Origin: a virus
Lineage: Duplodnaviria > Caudoviricetes
Reading direction: 5' to 3' (one strand)
Virus record (IMG/VR): IMGVR_UViG_3300037247_000710
Span: 1-52,130 of that record
Length of the DNA stretch: 52,130 nt
Shown one piece after another: positions 19,354 through 29,003 of this stretch. Below the pieces are notes generated by a model. That model was not told where the DNA came from. It saw nothing but the letters and a program-made list of their open reading frames with translations, and did no database searches. A program made the translations under genes and the position numbers. How positions within the stretch are numbered: the stretch's first letter is position 1; each line of letters begins with the position of its first letter.

Positions 19354-20574
19354 ATGGGCAGTGCCACAGACTTTCTATTTGAGGGCAAACCTCCACAGTC
19401 GGTCACGACCTATGGGACGACTGTAGAAGGCACCCCGAAATGGATGTCCGACTACACGCAGGGGCTGATCGCACGTGCGAACGCAGCGGCAGCTGAGCCT
19501 TACATTCCGTACGGTGGACCGAGGATTGCAGGATTCGATCCTGCACAAGAAGCTGCGTTTGGGATGACTGAGGAGAATGTTGGTGCGTATCAGCCGTACC
19601 TCGAAGCAGGTGCTCAGGGCTATACCGGAGGCTTAGAAGCTGCGGGGGGTATGCGGGAGAGAGCGCAGCCGTACATTGATGCGGCAACCGGGAAGTGGAC
19701 TGATCCCGGCGTCTCTGAGTCCTACATGAACCCGTACATCAGTGGCGTGCTCGACCGGCAGGAACAACTTGCCACGCGTACGTTAGAAGATAAGTTTCTA
19801 CCGGGGTTGCAAAGAGCTTTCGCAGGAGCTGGACAACTAGGCTCTCGTGGTGGCGAGGGTTCGATGGAAACCATGGGCATCCGTGGTATGAGGGATATTC
19901 AAGAAGGACTCGAAGCGCAACGTCTTGAAGCACTCTCTGGAGCCTACGGTCAGGGAGCTGACATCTATGGGCGAGACATTACGAGTGCGCGAGAACTGGC
20001 ACGTGTGTCGGGTGCCCTCGATGAGGCTCAGGCTGGTGCTATGTACCAAGGTGCTGAGGGACTGGGTCGCATGGGTGAAGCAGCTCAGCGGATGGGTCTC
20101 ACAGATGCCGCAGCGATGGAAGCTATCGGTGCACAGAGACGTGGGCTTGAACAGGGAAGTATGGATCTTGCGTATCAGGATTTCTTGGAACAACGCGATC
20201 TGCCATGGCAGCGCATCGGACAGATGTCGGAAGTCATCCGAGGCTTGCCGCCATCGTTTGTACCGAGAGCAACGCAGCGTACTGATGTAGGACCGGCGTC
20301 GGTTTACCAGCCGTCACCGCTGTCACAAATCATCGGTGGCTATGGTGTGTATCGTGGTATGCAGGGAGCCGAAGGTGGTTACATCGAGCCGGGAGGGCTG
20401 GAAGACTACGGACTAGGAGGGATGGTGCGTGATACCGGAGCGAGGTTATTTGGCTTGGGAAAACAGGGAGCGGGCGCGTTGAGTAGGTGGGCGCGCTCGC
20501 TATACCCAGATTCAAGCAGGAGTGTTGGTGTCGCAGGAGGAAAACTCCTGAAGCTGAAACACAAGCAGGATTAA
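19354..20574 (+). CDS. Internal virion/DNA-transfer protein
   Basis: YGGPRIAGF...YMNPY...Q..MDLAYQDF.EQ..P pattern; A/G/Q-rich helical. Confidence 0.65.
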   Translation: MGSATDFLFEGKPPQSVTTYGTTVEGTPKWMSDYTQGLIARANAAAAEPYIPYGGPRIAGFDPAQEAAFGMTEENVGAYQPYLEAGAQGYTGGLEAAGGMRERAQPYIDAATGKWTDPGVSESYMNPYISGVLDRQEQLATRTLEDKFLPGLQRAFAGAGQLGSRGGEGSMETMGIRGMRDIQEGLEAQRLEALSGAYGQGADIYGRDITSARELARVSGALDEAQAGAMYQGAEGLGRMGEAAQRMGLTDAAAMEAIGAQRRGLEQGSMDLAYQDFLEQRDLPWQRIGQMSEVIRGLPPSFVPRATQRTDVGPASVYQPSPLSQIIGGYGVYRGMQGAEGGYIEPGGLEDYGLGGMVRDTGARLFGLGKQGAGALSRWARSLYPDSSRSVGVAGGKLLKLKHKQD

Positions 20575-20578
20575 TGTC

Positions 20579-22006
20579 ATGAGAGCAGAAGTGGAACGTG
20601 CATATCAAACTGGTGGTGACGTTTATGGTCCTCCAGAGGAAGAGATCATCACCACGGTTGACCAATTGATCCCGGATCCGATGCCGCGAACGAAGCCTAC
20701 TACTACGCGTGAGCTGATTGACATACACCGTGAGCAGCAGGTACAGAAACTCAAAGGTGGTCAGGAACGAATTGCAGCAAGACGTGCGGAGATGGAAAAG
20801 AAAGATAAGCAAGCCAGATGGTTTGCACTTGCGCAGGGTATGTTGGCACCGACAAAGACTGGCGGCTTTGGTGAATCGCTGGGTGCAACTGCGGGGCTGC
20901 TGCGGCAGGAACAGGAAATGTCTCGTCAGGGAATGAGCGATCTCTTAGCCGAAGAAACGCTGCTTGCGAATCAGGAAAGTGATGTTGGAGCAGACTACAT
21001 TTCTCAACTTCAAGCTCAAGAACGGATAGAAAAAACAGGCGCGGAAAGATTGGGACGTTTCGCGAAACGTACTCCGGTAGGTGTAGCTGGTCTGTTTGCC
21101 CATCCCGACAATCCCGACAGGGATGCACGTGCTCAGCCGATGTGGGATCCCGACCTAGAGGAACCGCAATTTAATGAAGATGGAACTCCTCTGCTTGACG
21201 AAAACGGGGAGCAAGTAATTAAACTCGGTGGCATGGAGCTGGATTATTTGGACACTCCCGGTCCCGACGGTAGCATTCCATATGCCACATCTCAGTTCGA
21301 TGTACATCGGCAGGCGGAATTGTCGAAAGTTAAAGAATTTTCACAGGACTACATAGCACGAGCCAGCAATGACATTGAAGGTGCGCGGGAAGCATGGATA
21401 ATGATCCCGAAACTTGAAAGGACAATGACATTACTGGAGGACGTGGGGGAAGGAGGACCCGGCACAAGTGGGTGGGTAGCATTAGTACAGGGACTGCAGG
21501 AATGGTTTGGTGTTGATACCAGAGATGTCACTAACATAGGCGTGCTACGTCACAAGTTAGGTCAGAACGTCCTTGACGGTCTCAAACATTTTCCGGGACA
21601 AATTTCAGAGGGTGAACGGAAGTACATGGAGAGACTGGAAACTTCCATTTCGAAATCAACCAGCATAAACATAGAGCTTATTAGAGAGGGTCTGAGACTG
21701 CAGAAAGAACGATGGAAGAGAGGAAAAACTTCCGCTGTAGAATTGGCAACAAACCCCAACCTTGCATCCATGATGAGGATGGACTTTTTAGCCATGGGAC
21801 TTGATCCAGATAACTTAGATAAAGACCCTATCGGTTCATACGGATCAATTGAAAAAGACGAGGTGGGATCGACTCGTCATAATCCATTACCTGTTGGACC
21901 GAATACTCCTCGTCCTGCAGTTGGGACATGGGTACAGTTCACGGACCCTGCAACCGGCGAGTTAATAACGAAAAGGATAGGGGCACCTGCACCGGTGCCG
22001 GAGTAA
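20579..22006 (+). CDS. Internal virion/ejection protein
   Basis: N-terminal YQTGG; LAQGMLAPTKTGGFGESLG; coiled-coil; position in ejection cluster. Confidence 0.6.
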   Translation: MRAEVERAYQTGGDVYGPPEEEIITTVDQLIPDPMPRTKPTTTRELIDIHREQQVQKLKGGQERIAARRAEMEKKDKQARWFALAQGMLAPTKTGGFGESLGATAGLLRQEQEMSRQGMSDLLAEETLLANQESDVGADYISQLQAQERIEKTGAERLGRFAKRTPVGVAGLFAHPDNPDRDARAQPMWDPDLEEPQFNEDGTPLLDENGEQVIKLGGMELDYLDTPGPDGSIPYATSQFDVHRQAELSKVKEFSQDYIARASNDIEGAREAWIMIPKLERTMTLLEDVGEGGPGTSGWVALVQGLQEWFGVDTRDVTNIGVLRHKLGQNVLDGLKHFPGQISEGERKYMERLETSISKSTSINIELIREGLRLQKERWKRGKTSAVELATNPNLASMMRMDFLAMGLDPDNLDKDPIGSYGSIEKDEVGSTRHNPLPVGPNTPRPAVGTWVQFTDPATGELITKRIGAPAPVPE

Positions 22007-22010
22007 GAAC

Positions 22011-24071
22011 ATGGCTGACGAAGAAACACTTGCACCAGTACCGTGGTATTTAGATGAATCTATTTATGAACCTGAACCTGAGAAGGGACCGGGTACTGTC
22101 AATGACTGGATGAATCAACCCGACGTAACGGGTAAGAGATTTCCCATCGATCCGCAAATGACTGCGGAGCAACTCGACGTGCTGCCGGAGATGACGGATA
22201 CCGCAAAAATGATCGAAGGGTTTTCCGAACCGGGAGAGGGAGTAGACGGACCTATCATGGGAACGTTGAGGCGCATCGGTACCGAGTTGAAACAAGGATG
22301 GATGCAGATGTCAACGTCAGATCCCATGGAACTGGGGTCGCAACTACAGAATCGATTCCCGGACGTCGTTGAGGTACGACTTGCAATTAACCCTTCAGGC
22401 GACGGTTCCTACATCGCAGTTGCCAAAAATAAACTCACTGGTTACGAGGCTGTGATCAACAAACCGGGAATGAGCATGCAAGATGTGCTGCAGACTATCG
22501 GTCTGGTGGGTCAGTACTTGCCTGCTGCAAAAGTCACAACTGCAGTCAAAGCACTAGTCCCACGGATAGCTGTCGCAGCTACTGCCTCAGGAGCTACGGA
22601 GACTGCAATACAAGCGGGGCAGGCTGCTCTTGGAGGTGAGTTCGATCCTGAAGATGTCGCACTGGCTACAGCGTTCGCTGCGGTCCCGGAAATAATAGCT
22701 AAACCCGCAGTAGGATTAGCATTGAAAAGCAAAGAACTGCTTTCTAGACATATGCCTGAAGCAGTCCCGGCGTCGATTCGTAGTGCATTGACATGGGCGG
22801 AGAAGCAGGGATACAAAATTACATCATCAGATGCACTGAACGAATTTCTCACAGCCCCACAGAGAATCTTTCTCAAGATTACTGAACGTATTCCCGTGTT
22901 CGGTACGCAACGAATTAAAAATGCGCAGAAGGCACAACGTGCTGACGCTCTGAAGAGGATGGCAGACAAGTTTGATATTGATATCGAGAGTGATCTTGGA
23001 CAGGAAATTGCTGAAAGTTTTATAGATCGGATGAAGAATTGGCGTTTCTTTGGTAAGCACGCAGACCCAACAGATGAAATGCTAGATCGTGCTTTTAAGA
23101 AGGAGGCAGCAGGCATTATTGACAACACTCTCAAAAGAAAAATTAAGACTGCAACAGTAGAAAACGGGAACATCGATGATGGGTTGGTCGATATGGTTTT
23201 CAAAGGCAACAAGCCTCAGATTGTCAGGGACTTCATGAGAAAATTAACTCCTGAAGGGCAGGACGCAGCACGCCGAAGATTTATACAGGAAGGATTGGAG
23301 CGGACAGGGTACAAACCGGGACAACAAGTCGGCATCGCTAATCCGGGAGCCTTTGTAAAGTATCTCGATGAGCATGACAAGATAATAAAGGAACTCTTCC
23401 CCGACGTGATACACGATCCTAAGGCGTCGCATCTTTTTGCAGAGATGACTGGTGGACCCGGAATGGTACCGGCTCCAGCTTTGAAAGCGCAGCGGGAATA
23501 CCTAGAAGGGTTCAAAGAATTCCTCAGGATTACCGATGATGCAGAGAAAGCAAGTGCAGGTGCAGGCATGACTGCAGCGATGGCAGCGGGTGGAGGATTT
23601 TATCTCTTCGACATCATGGGAGGTGCGCTAGCCGGATTCGGTACTGCAATGGCAGGTCATGCAATGCAAAGTAGATTGGCTCGCAATTTGTTTCTACGTC
23701 TGAAACATTCCAAAGGCAATCCTGAGTTGCAGCAACAGATCATGAAGGAATTACGCCCGTTAATATTAGGAACGGGTAATAAGGCACTGCAGGAAGGCGT
23801 GGACATGCCCATGCTGAACATGTCTATGAGCCCTGACATGATACAGGAGGGGGCAGCAACTGGCGCGTCAGCGGCGATGCAGATACTGAGAGCAACCATG
23901 GGGACTGTCGGCGAAACTATTGGAGGTGTTCTGGGTAGCTCCCGTGGAGATCTAACGGAAGGTGGTATAAGTCCTACCGACATAGGTAGAGGTTCTCTTG
24001 TACAAGGTCCCGGAATGGAAATGCTGCGACGAGCTGCGGAATCTGCGCAGGGAATACCCCCGGAGGAATAA
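22011..24071 (+). CDS. Large internal virion/DNA-injection protein
   Basis: INKPGMSMQD motif followed by Ala-rich hydrophobic helices, as in podophage ejection proteins. Confidence 0.6.
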   Translation: MADEETLAPVPWYLDESIYEPEPEKGPGTVNDWMNQPDVTGKRFPIDPQMTAEQLDVLPEMTDTAKMIEGFSEPGEGVDGPIMGTLRRIGTELKQGWMQMSTSDPMELGSQLQNRFPDVVEVRLAINPSGDGSYIAVAKNKLTGYEAVINKPGMSMQDVLQTIGLVGQYLPAAKVTTAVKALVPRIAVAATASGATETAIQAGQAALGGEFDPEDVALATAFAAVPEIIAKPAVGLALKSKELLSRHMPEAVPASIRSALTWAEKQGYKITSSDALNEFLTAPQRIFLKITERIPVFGTQRIKNAQKAQRADALKRMADKFDIDIESDLGQEIAESFIDRMKNWRFFGKHADPTDEMLDRAFKKEAAGIIDNTLKRKIKTATVENGNIDDGLVDMVFKGNKPQIVRDFMRKLTPEGQDAARRRFIQEGLERTGYKPGQQVGIANPGAFVKYLDEHDKIIKELFPDVIHDPKASHLFAEMTGGPGMVPAPALKAQREYLEGFKEFLRITDDAEKASAGAGMTAAMAAGGGFYLFDIMGGALAGFGTAMAGHAMQSRLARNLFLRLKHSKGNPELQQQIMKELRPLILGTGNKALQEGVDMPMLNMSMSPDMIQEGAATGASAAMQILRATMGTVGETIGGVLGSSRGDLTEGGISPTDIGRGSLVQGPGMEMLRRAAESAQGIPPEE

Positions 24072-24652
24072 TGCCTGCACGACGACTGACAAACGGGAGA
24101 GGACGGAAGTTTGTGCGTAACACCGCAGGTCAGCTGCTGGCTGAGCAACATCGTCTGTTCCTCCCTGATCACCTCGACCAAGTGCGAGCGATTGCAATGC
24201 GAGGTATCAAAGAAGAACAGATGTCCGAGATCTTCGACATCAGTCGCAAGCAAATGGGTCTGTGGAAAGCACAGTACCCGTTGTTCAAGGATGCACTCGA
24301 AGCAGGTTACACCGACGCTGATGCTGCTGTCCTTGGTGCTCTGTACCAGAGTGCCGTCGGTTACATGCACGAGGAAGAGAAAATTTTTCAGTGGGACGGA
24401 GAAATTATCCGTGCCGATACAGTTAAGCATTACAAGCCAGACACTGCAGCGATCAAGCTATGGATAACCAACCGGCAGAAGGAACACTGGAAGGATCGTC
24501 ATCACACGAACGTGTCGGGCACGGATGACAAGTCACCCATTGGTATCCGCGACGAGACGAAGCTGGAAGTCATGGCGAGTATTCTTTCACTGATCAAACC
24601 GAAACCAGACAACGCAGTCATTGATGGTCGCACTGGGACGGTGGACAAATAA
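24071..24652 (+). CDS. terS: Terminase small subunit
   Basis: HTH (GIKEEQMSEIFDISRKQMGLWK..YP.F..AL..G), LYQSAVGY, KHYKPDTAAIKLWITNRQ...WKD signature. Confidence 0.8.
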   Translation: MPARRLTNGRGRKFVRNTAGQLLAEQHRLFLPDHLDQVRAIAMRGIKEEQMSEIFDISRKQMGLWKAQYPLFKDALEAGYTDADAAVLGALYQSAVGYMHEEEKIFQWDGEIIRADTVKHYKPDTAAIKLWITNRQKEHWKDRHHTNVSGTDDKSPIGIRDETKLEVMASILSLIKPKPDNAVIDGRTGTVDK

Positions 24653-24653
24653 C

Positions 24654-26903
24654 ATGCCATCGAAAACTCCGAAGCAGGCAAAATTTATGCGTGCCATTGC
24701 ACACGGTTGGACACCGAGTCGTGCGAAGAATCCACCGTCGCGTGCAGTGGCGCAGGAGTTCGTGAACGCTGACCGAAAATACTCCGGTGGCTTTGCAGAG
24801 AACCGGTACTGGGTAGGTGGACTCGCAGCTATGGACCAAGTGAACGCTGGACTTAAGGGATCTCTTGACACTCCGTTCCAAGCGTTCGAAGAAGGTGGTG
24901 ACGTTGTTACTGATGAGGCTCTTCAAAAAGCACGTGCCGTTGCTGATGCAAGACTGGGCAATTACAAGGCAGCGAGATTTACACTCGGTAAAGATCATTC
25001 AGCTACGAAAAAACTTAAGGAATCTTATCTGGAAGCGAAACATAAGGCTGTGGATATGGCAAATCGTGTAGGTGCTGGTGCAGGTGGAGGTGGAGGTGCG
25101 GGTTATCAAAGGGGCGGCAGAGCAGGTCGTCGAGGTGGACGAAGAACGAATGGCGGAGCAGGAACATCTACAACGACGAACGTACCTACTGTTACAGCTC
25201 CAGATGTTTCCCCTTACGGGACTGAGGCTGGTACAACTCAACAAATGTTTGACCGAATGGGGTATAGCGGTCCTATAGGTTACCTCCGTACCGTCTCTGA
25301 CTTACGGCAAGCAGGGTGGACTCCGGCTAGTGGAGGCTCCGATGATCTGCGAAACAGAATGTGGTATCCCCCCGAGCAGACGCTCACAGGAGAAGATGCC
25401 CCTCCACCGAGAATTATCCCGACGGACCCTGCAAGTTATATAGGGGGGGCCGCACTTGGTACCTCAGATGGTGAAGGTGGAGGTGGTGGCTCAGGTGAAG
25501 GAAGCGAACACCGAGAACAGTTACGTAAACATCAAATGAAAATTGCAGCAATACTAGGCAGTGCCCGAGGAGGTCACGTGAATTACTACGACGAAGGGGG
25601 AGCAGTACGTCCCGGTCATGCAGAAGGACCCAACCCTCACAATAAGGCTAAGACACCGGGGATGTGGGCAACGTGGGAAAGGAAATATCACATTGATCCT
25701 CCCCCTCCGCCTGAAGTTGCAGAAGAAGTAGCAGAAGAGGGGGGCGTAGCAAACTGGTTACGAAGTTTGTTCACTCCTGATCCCGAAACAGCCATCGGCT
25801 CTGGCGAGGCACGGGGGACAATCGAGGAGCAGATGGAAGCAGAGGGTCAAGCTTACGGTGGTCGCGTCCGCTATCAGGCTGGTGGTCTTGCGATAGCCGC
25901 ACCCGCTGGAGGTGTACCCCCGTGGATAGCACCTACCGGATCCGGTCCCGGCTACATGGATGAACCTCCTCCGGGATATCAGTTCGGTGGAATTGCCGAC
26001 AGGTTTAACCCTCCACCTGCAGCAGCACCTGCAGCTGCCGTTGCACCACCGCAGGGGCAGATAATGAACCGGGCACAGTCAGAGTTCAACGCTCAAACGG
26101 GTGGACCGAGAGGCGGAGTGATGGGTGGTCCTCCGGGTGGCTTAGCTGCGATGCAGCAGCAGGCAGAGCAGCAGCGAGCCGGAGTAGCAGGTCGTTTACC
26201 TCCGGGCATTGATCCCCGAGCTGTCGCTGCAAATCCAGAAGGATGGGCACGCCAGCAGGCAGAAATGCAGCGAATGCAGAGTAACGCTGGAGGCGCACCG
26301 GGATTTGCACCGGGCGAGGGAGATTTGATGCGACAACAGGAAGGTGCGAGAAGCATCATGGACCGGATAGGTGGAGGTGGTGGACGCTTCGGTGCAGAGA
26401 TGCGACGAGCACGTGGCATGCAAACATATCAAGACGTCGTTAACCGAGGTGAGGGTGGAATCAATCCCCGCTTACCCGGTGGTGGTCGAATGTACGGTGG
26501 TGATGGAGAGGTAGGTATCAATCCACCTCCTAGTGGACCTTTCCAACCCCCACCGGGACGAAGAGTCATAGGAGGGTCAGGAAAGTTTGGTGACCCCTAT
26601 CAGTATGGTCGGGGATCAGGTGGCAAACCGAGACCGGGACCGGGAATGATGCCGCCGGGTGAAGAGGGTGGAGGTATTCCGGGTGGACCTAGAGTGCCAC
26701 CTAACATGCGAGGCTACTTGCAGAAGCAACGGATGATGAACCGTCCTCCAGCTAACGTGGGAGGAGGCGCGAACCGTGTCGGGATGCAGGACCAACAAGG
26801 CGCACTTTCGAGGGCGATGCAGAGAGGGACTGGTCGTGCACCACCGTCACGCCGGTTTGGTCGCGGGCGCGCAGGTGCGGGTCGCGGATTCCAGCAGCGG
26901 TAG
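24654..26903 (+). CDS. Low-complexity G/P/Q/R-rich protein with many xxx-GG motifs
   Basis: Start refined to MPSKTPKQAKFMRAIAHG; FEEGG, YQRGG, YDEGG, YQAGG, YQFGG; RG-rich C-terminus. Confidence 0.7.
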   Translation: MPSKTPKQAKFMRAIAHGWTPSRAKNPPSRAVAQEFVNADRKYSGGFAENRYWVGGLAAMDQVNAGLKGSLDTPFQAFEEGGDVVTDEALQKARAVADARLGNYKAARFTLGKDHSATKKLKESYLEAKHKAVDMANRVGAGAGGGGGAGYQRGGRAGRRGGRRTNGGAGTSTTTNVPTVTAPDVSPYGTEAGTTQQMFDRMGYSGPIGYLRTVSDLRQAGWTPASGGSDDLRNRMWYPPEQTLTGEDAPPPRIIPTDPASYIGGAALGTSDGEGGGGGSGEGSEHREQLRKHQMKIAAILGSARGGHVNYYDEGGAVRPGHAEGPNPHNKAKTPGMWATWERKYHIDPPPPPEVAEEVAEEGGVANWLRSLFTPDPETAIGSGEARGTIEEQMEAEGQAYGGRVRYQAGGLAIAAPAGGVPPWIAPTGSGPGYMDEPPPGYQFGGIADRFNPPPAAAPAAAVAPPQGQIMNRAQSEFNAQTGGPRGGVMGGPPGGLAAMQQQAEQQRAGVAGRLPPGIDPRAVAANPEGWARQQAEMQRMQSNAGGAPGFAPGEGDLMRQQEGARSIMDRIGGGGGRFGAEMRRARGMQTYQDVVNRGEGGINPRLPGGGRMYGGDGEVGINPPPSGPFQPPPGRRVIGGSGKFGDPYQYGRGSGGKPRPGPGMMPPGEEGGGIPGGPRVPPNMRGYLQKQRMMNRPPANVGGGANRVGMQDQQGALSRAMQRGTGRAPPSRRFGRGRAGAGRGFQQR

Positions 26904-26956
26904 CACCGCAACCTCGAATGCATTTACCGTCGGTGTCCCACTCGTGAAATAGCCAA

Positions 26957-27445
26957 TTATTCTTGCAGCGGATGTTCATCAGACTCTCCATCTATCTGGA
27001 GGAAAGCGTTTGGACCGTACACCATAGTGCTACGTGCGGCATTACGGAGTAACTCACGGACATCATCGCGGTCATCGATCACGACGTCTGGATCATACCT
27101 GCGTACCCACTGAAGAACTAGGTCCGGTCCCTTGATTTTTGTCTCTGTTTTGAGACGCTGGATAAGATCGACGTAGTTCCAGAGGTCGTGTGTCCTGAGC
27201 CACTCTTCTTCGTGGTTGTACTTGTTGATGAAGCGGGTGCTGTACACGAGCGGCCTGATGCCCTCTGCGATGTAGTCCCGCGTGAGATCCATGATGTGCG
27301 GACGTGGCTTGTCTTCGATGAGTCCCTTGTAGTAGATCTTCCACGCAGCGGGATCGCGGTTGAGATACTTCTTCTGATCATCTTGAAGGAGGGCTAAGCG
27401 GTCGGTGTGATCGCTCAGCGTCCCCTCCAGATCGATCATGATCAC
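26957..27445 (-). CDS. HAD-superfamily phosphatase (PNK 3'-phosphatase-like)
   Basis: Motif I variant IDLEGTL, motif II STR, K, motif IV IDDR. Confidence 0.7.
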   Translation of the reverse strand: MIMIDLEGTLSDHTDRLALLQDDQKKYLNRDPAAWKIYYKGLIEDKPRPHIMDLTRDYIAEGIRPLVYSTRFINKYNHEEEWLRTHDLWNYVDLIQRLKTETKIKGPDLVLQWVRRYDPDVVIDDRDDVRELLRNAARSTMVYGPNAFLQIDGESDEHPLQE

Positions 27446-27636
27446 TTGCGTCTGATTTTCTTCATCTTCTTTTTCTTTGCCGGGTTGAACTTCAACAGTT
27501 GCTTGCGTATCTCACTGATGAATTCAGTGATCATCTCACGGTCGCCCTGATTGGTCAGGCTCACGTCAAAGTTACCCTTCAGCTTTCTACCCTCAACTTC
27601 AAGGGTGCCCTTGCGATGCTGCTTCAAAAATGACAT
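27442..27636 (-). CDS. Small basic hypothetical protein
   Basis: Coupled ORF in operon; K/R-rich tail. Confidence 0.6.
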   Translation of the reverse strand: MSFLKQHRKGTLEVEGRKLKGNFDVSLTNQGDREMITEFISEIRKQLLKFNPAKKKKMKKIRRK

Positions 27637-27639
27637 GTC

Positions 27640-27825
27640 TTATTTCCTTTTTGTACGACGTAAGTAAGCTGCTCTGAAACGACATTCATCAGAGCAGTAG
27701 TTTGTGATAGCAAGACCTTCAAACCTCCTGCCACACTCATCATTAGCGCACGTTTTCTTGCTACGTTTACGCATCATTGCCAGCTGTGCGCCGACGCTGT
27801 CAGTTGGTGCTCTTACAGCCGCCAT
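27640..27825 (-). CDS. Small zinc-finger protein (CGNR/TRASH-like), candidate regulator
   Basis: Start refined to MAAVRAP (RBS GGAG); CANDEC...YCSDEC followed by basic helix. Confidence 0.65.
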   Translation of the reverse strand: MAAVRAPTDSVGAQLAMMRKRSKKTCANDECGRRFEGLAITNYCSDECRFRAAYLRRTKRK

Positions 27826-27855
27826 GGTTGATCTCCAGTGAGTTTCAATGGGTAC

Positions 27856-27883
27856 AGTATACACAGATCCGCTCTCGTGTAAA
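27856..27883 (-). promoter_or_regulatory. sigma70-like promoter with 20-bp palindromic operator (27861-27880)
   Basis: TTTACA-N16-TATACT on - strand; ACACAGATCCGCTCTCGTGT. Confidence 0.6.
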
Positions 27884-27888
27884 GAGAG

Positions 27889-28083
27889 CTACGTCCCATT
27901 TCCACGCTTCATGTTTTCAGCCTCAATAGCGTGCTTTTTCAGGGCTTTAGCCAGACCTCTTGCGGCCTTAGGAGAGTAGCCCACGACAGTTAATTTCTCA
28001 GAGAACATGATCAGTACCTTGCCATTCTCCACGCCTACTTTAGTGCCTACTCCTTCATTCGTTGCTACTTTTTCGTCAGTCAT
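27889..28083 (-). CDS. Hypothetical protein
   Basis: Overlaps the neighbouring gene end in a compact operon. Confidence 0.6.
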   Translation of the reverse strand: MTDEKVATNEGVGTKVGVENGKVLIMFSEKLTVVGYSPKAARGLAKALKKHAIEAENMKRGNGT

Positions 28084-28501
28084 ATTGTCTGCTCACTGGA
28101 CCTCGTGGGAGTTCGTCTTCAACCACAGGAAAGTTGTACAAGAAATTGTCATCACCCTCGACTGCAACTCGGACAGCCATCGAAGCTACCTGCACTGCTT
28201 CACGCAACACTTCGTGTACGCTGGTACCCTGCTTGCGGTCGTGTTGCATGATAGCTTGAGCAAGTTCACCTACCTCTTCGACCAGTGCACACAGCATGTG
28301 CGTGGTACCGGGGAATGCCTCACGTGCAGCAGCTAACTCATCGGTGACCATCTTAATGACCAAGCCATCAGGACTGGTCAATCGCTCTTGAGCTTGTACG
28401 TCAGGTGATGGGCACTGGCAAATAGTTATGTCGCTGCCGCATTCAGTGCAGCATGGTGTGTTGTGTTTGTCTCGGTAGGTGCAGGTGCGTTCAGTCATCA
28501 T
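28076..28501 (-). CDS. MazG-like NTP pyrophosphohydrolase with N-terminal Cys cluster
   Basis: LVEEVGELAQA...REAVQVA all-alpha NTP-PPase pattern; CCTECG..ICQC. Confidence 0.65.
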   Translation of the reverse strand: MMTERTCTYRDKHNTPCCTECGSDITICQCPSPDVQAQERLTSPDGLVIKMVTDELAAAREAFPGTTHMLCALVEEVGELAQAIMQHDRKQGTSVHEVLREAVQVASMAVRVAVEGDDNFLYNFPVVEDELPRGPVSRQYD

Positions 28502-28953
28502 GGATACTCCGTGAAAAGTCTAAAGTTACCGGGAGTTCTGAGTGCAGAGTCCAGCATACTAGCAGCCTCTTTAGGTGCAGCGCGATGCATAATCTGCCAT
28601 GCCATTTCAATCAGTTCTTCGTGCGTCGCACCGTTGAATCGTTCAGCATCCTTGCCGTGGATAATGTAGATAGCTCCCGGTGTCTCGGCAATGATCCAGA
28701 CGATGCCACCACATACCATATTCGATCTGATCCACCTCAACTGAGACTTATGCAGCCCCTTCTCTTCGTCAGGGAAAGGTACTTTCGCTGGTCGGTGGTT
28801 GGCTTTAAGTTCTATCGTGCCGCAACCACCCTCACTTACCTGAAAATGAACGTCAGGAAATCCCGGCGCAGTATCCGGCGATTCAATTCTGGAGTAATGC
28901 CCTGTGGGCAGACCAACGTCCCGCAGCCACTCCCATAAATTCGATTCGTTCAT
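28498..28953 (-). CDS. VRR-NUC-like PD-(D/E)xK nuclease / resolvase
   Basis: M.ES...RIE...GFPDV...IELK...Q..W...GG. Confidence 0.75.
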   Translation of the reverse strand: MNESNLWEWLRDVGLPTGHYSRIESPDTAPGFPDVHFQVSEGGCGTIELKANHRPAKVPFPDEEKGLHKSQLRWIRSNMVCGGIVWIIAETPGAIYIIHGKDAERFNGATHEELIEMAWQIMHRAAPKEAASMLDSALRTPGNFRLFTEYP

Positions 28954-29003
28954 AAAACCAAAATCCCGGCCAAAATTTTTGTCAACTTTTCTCAGATGCG
29001 CCT

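Noticed and set aside
24911-24945. Additional hammerhead cores (CTGATGA/CTGACGA at ~1809, 5908, 24911, 36141, 49833)
   Set aside because: No stem II-GAAA-stem III arrangement; all lie within coding sequence
26752-26979. Small - strand ORF MNIRCKNNWLFHEW...CIRGCG
   Set aside because: Has an RBS and a Zn-ribbon-like start but overlaps the convergent 24654 gene by about 150 nt; too uncertain to list
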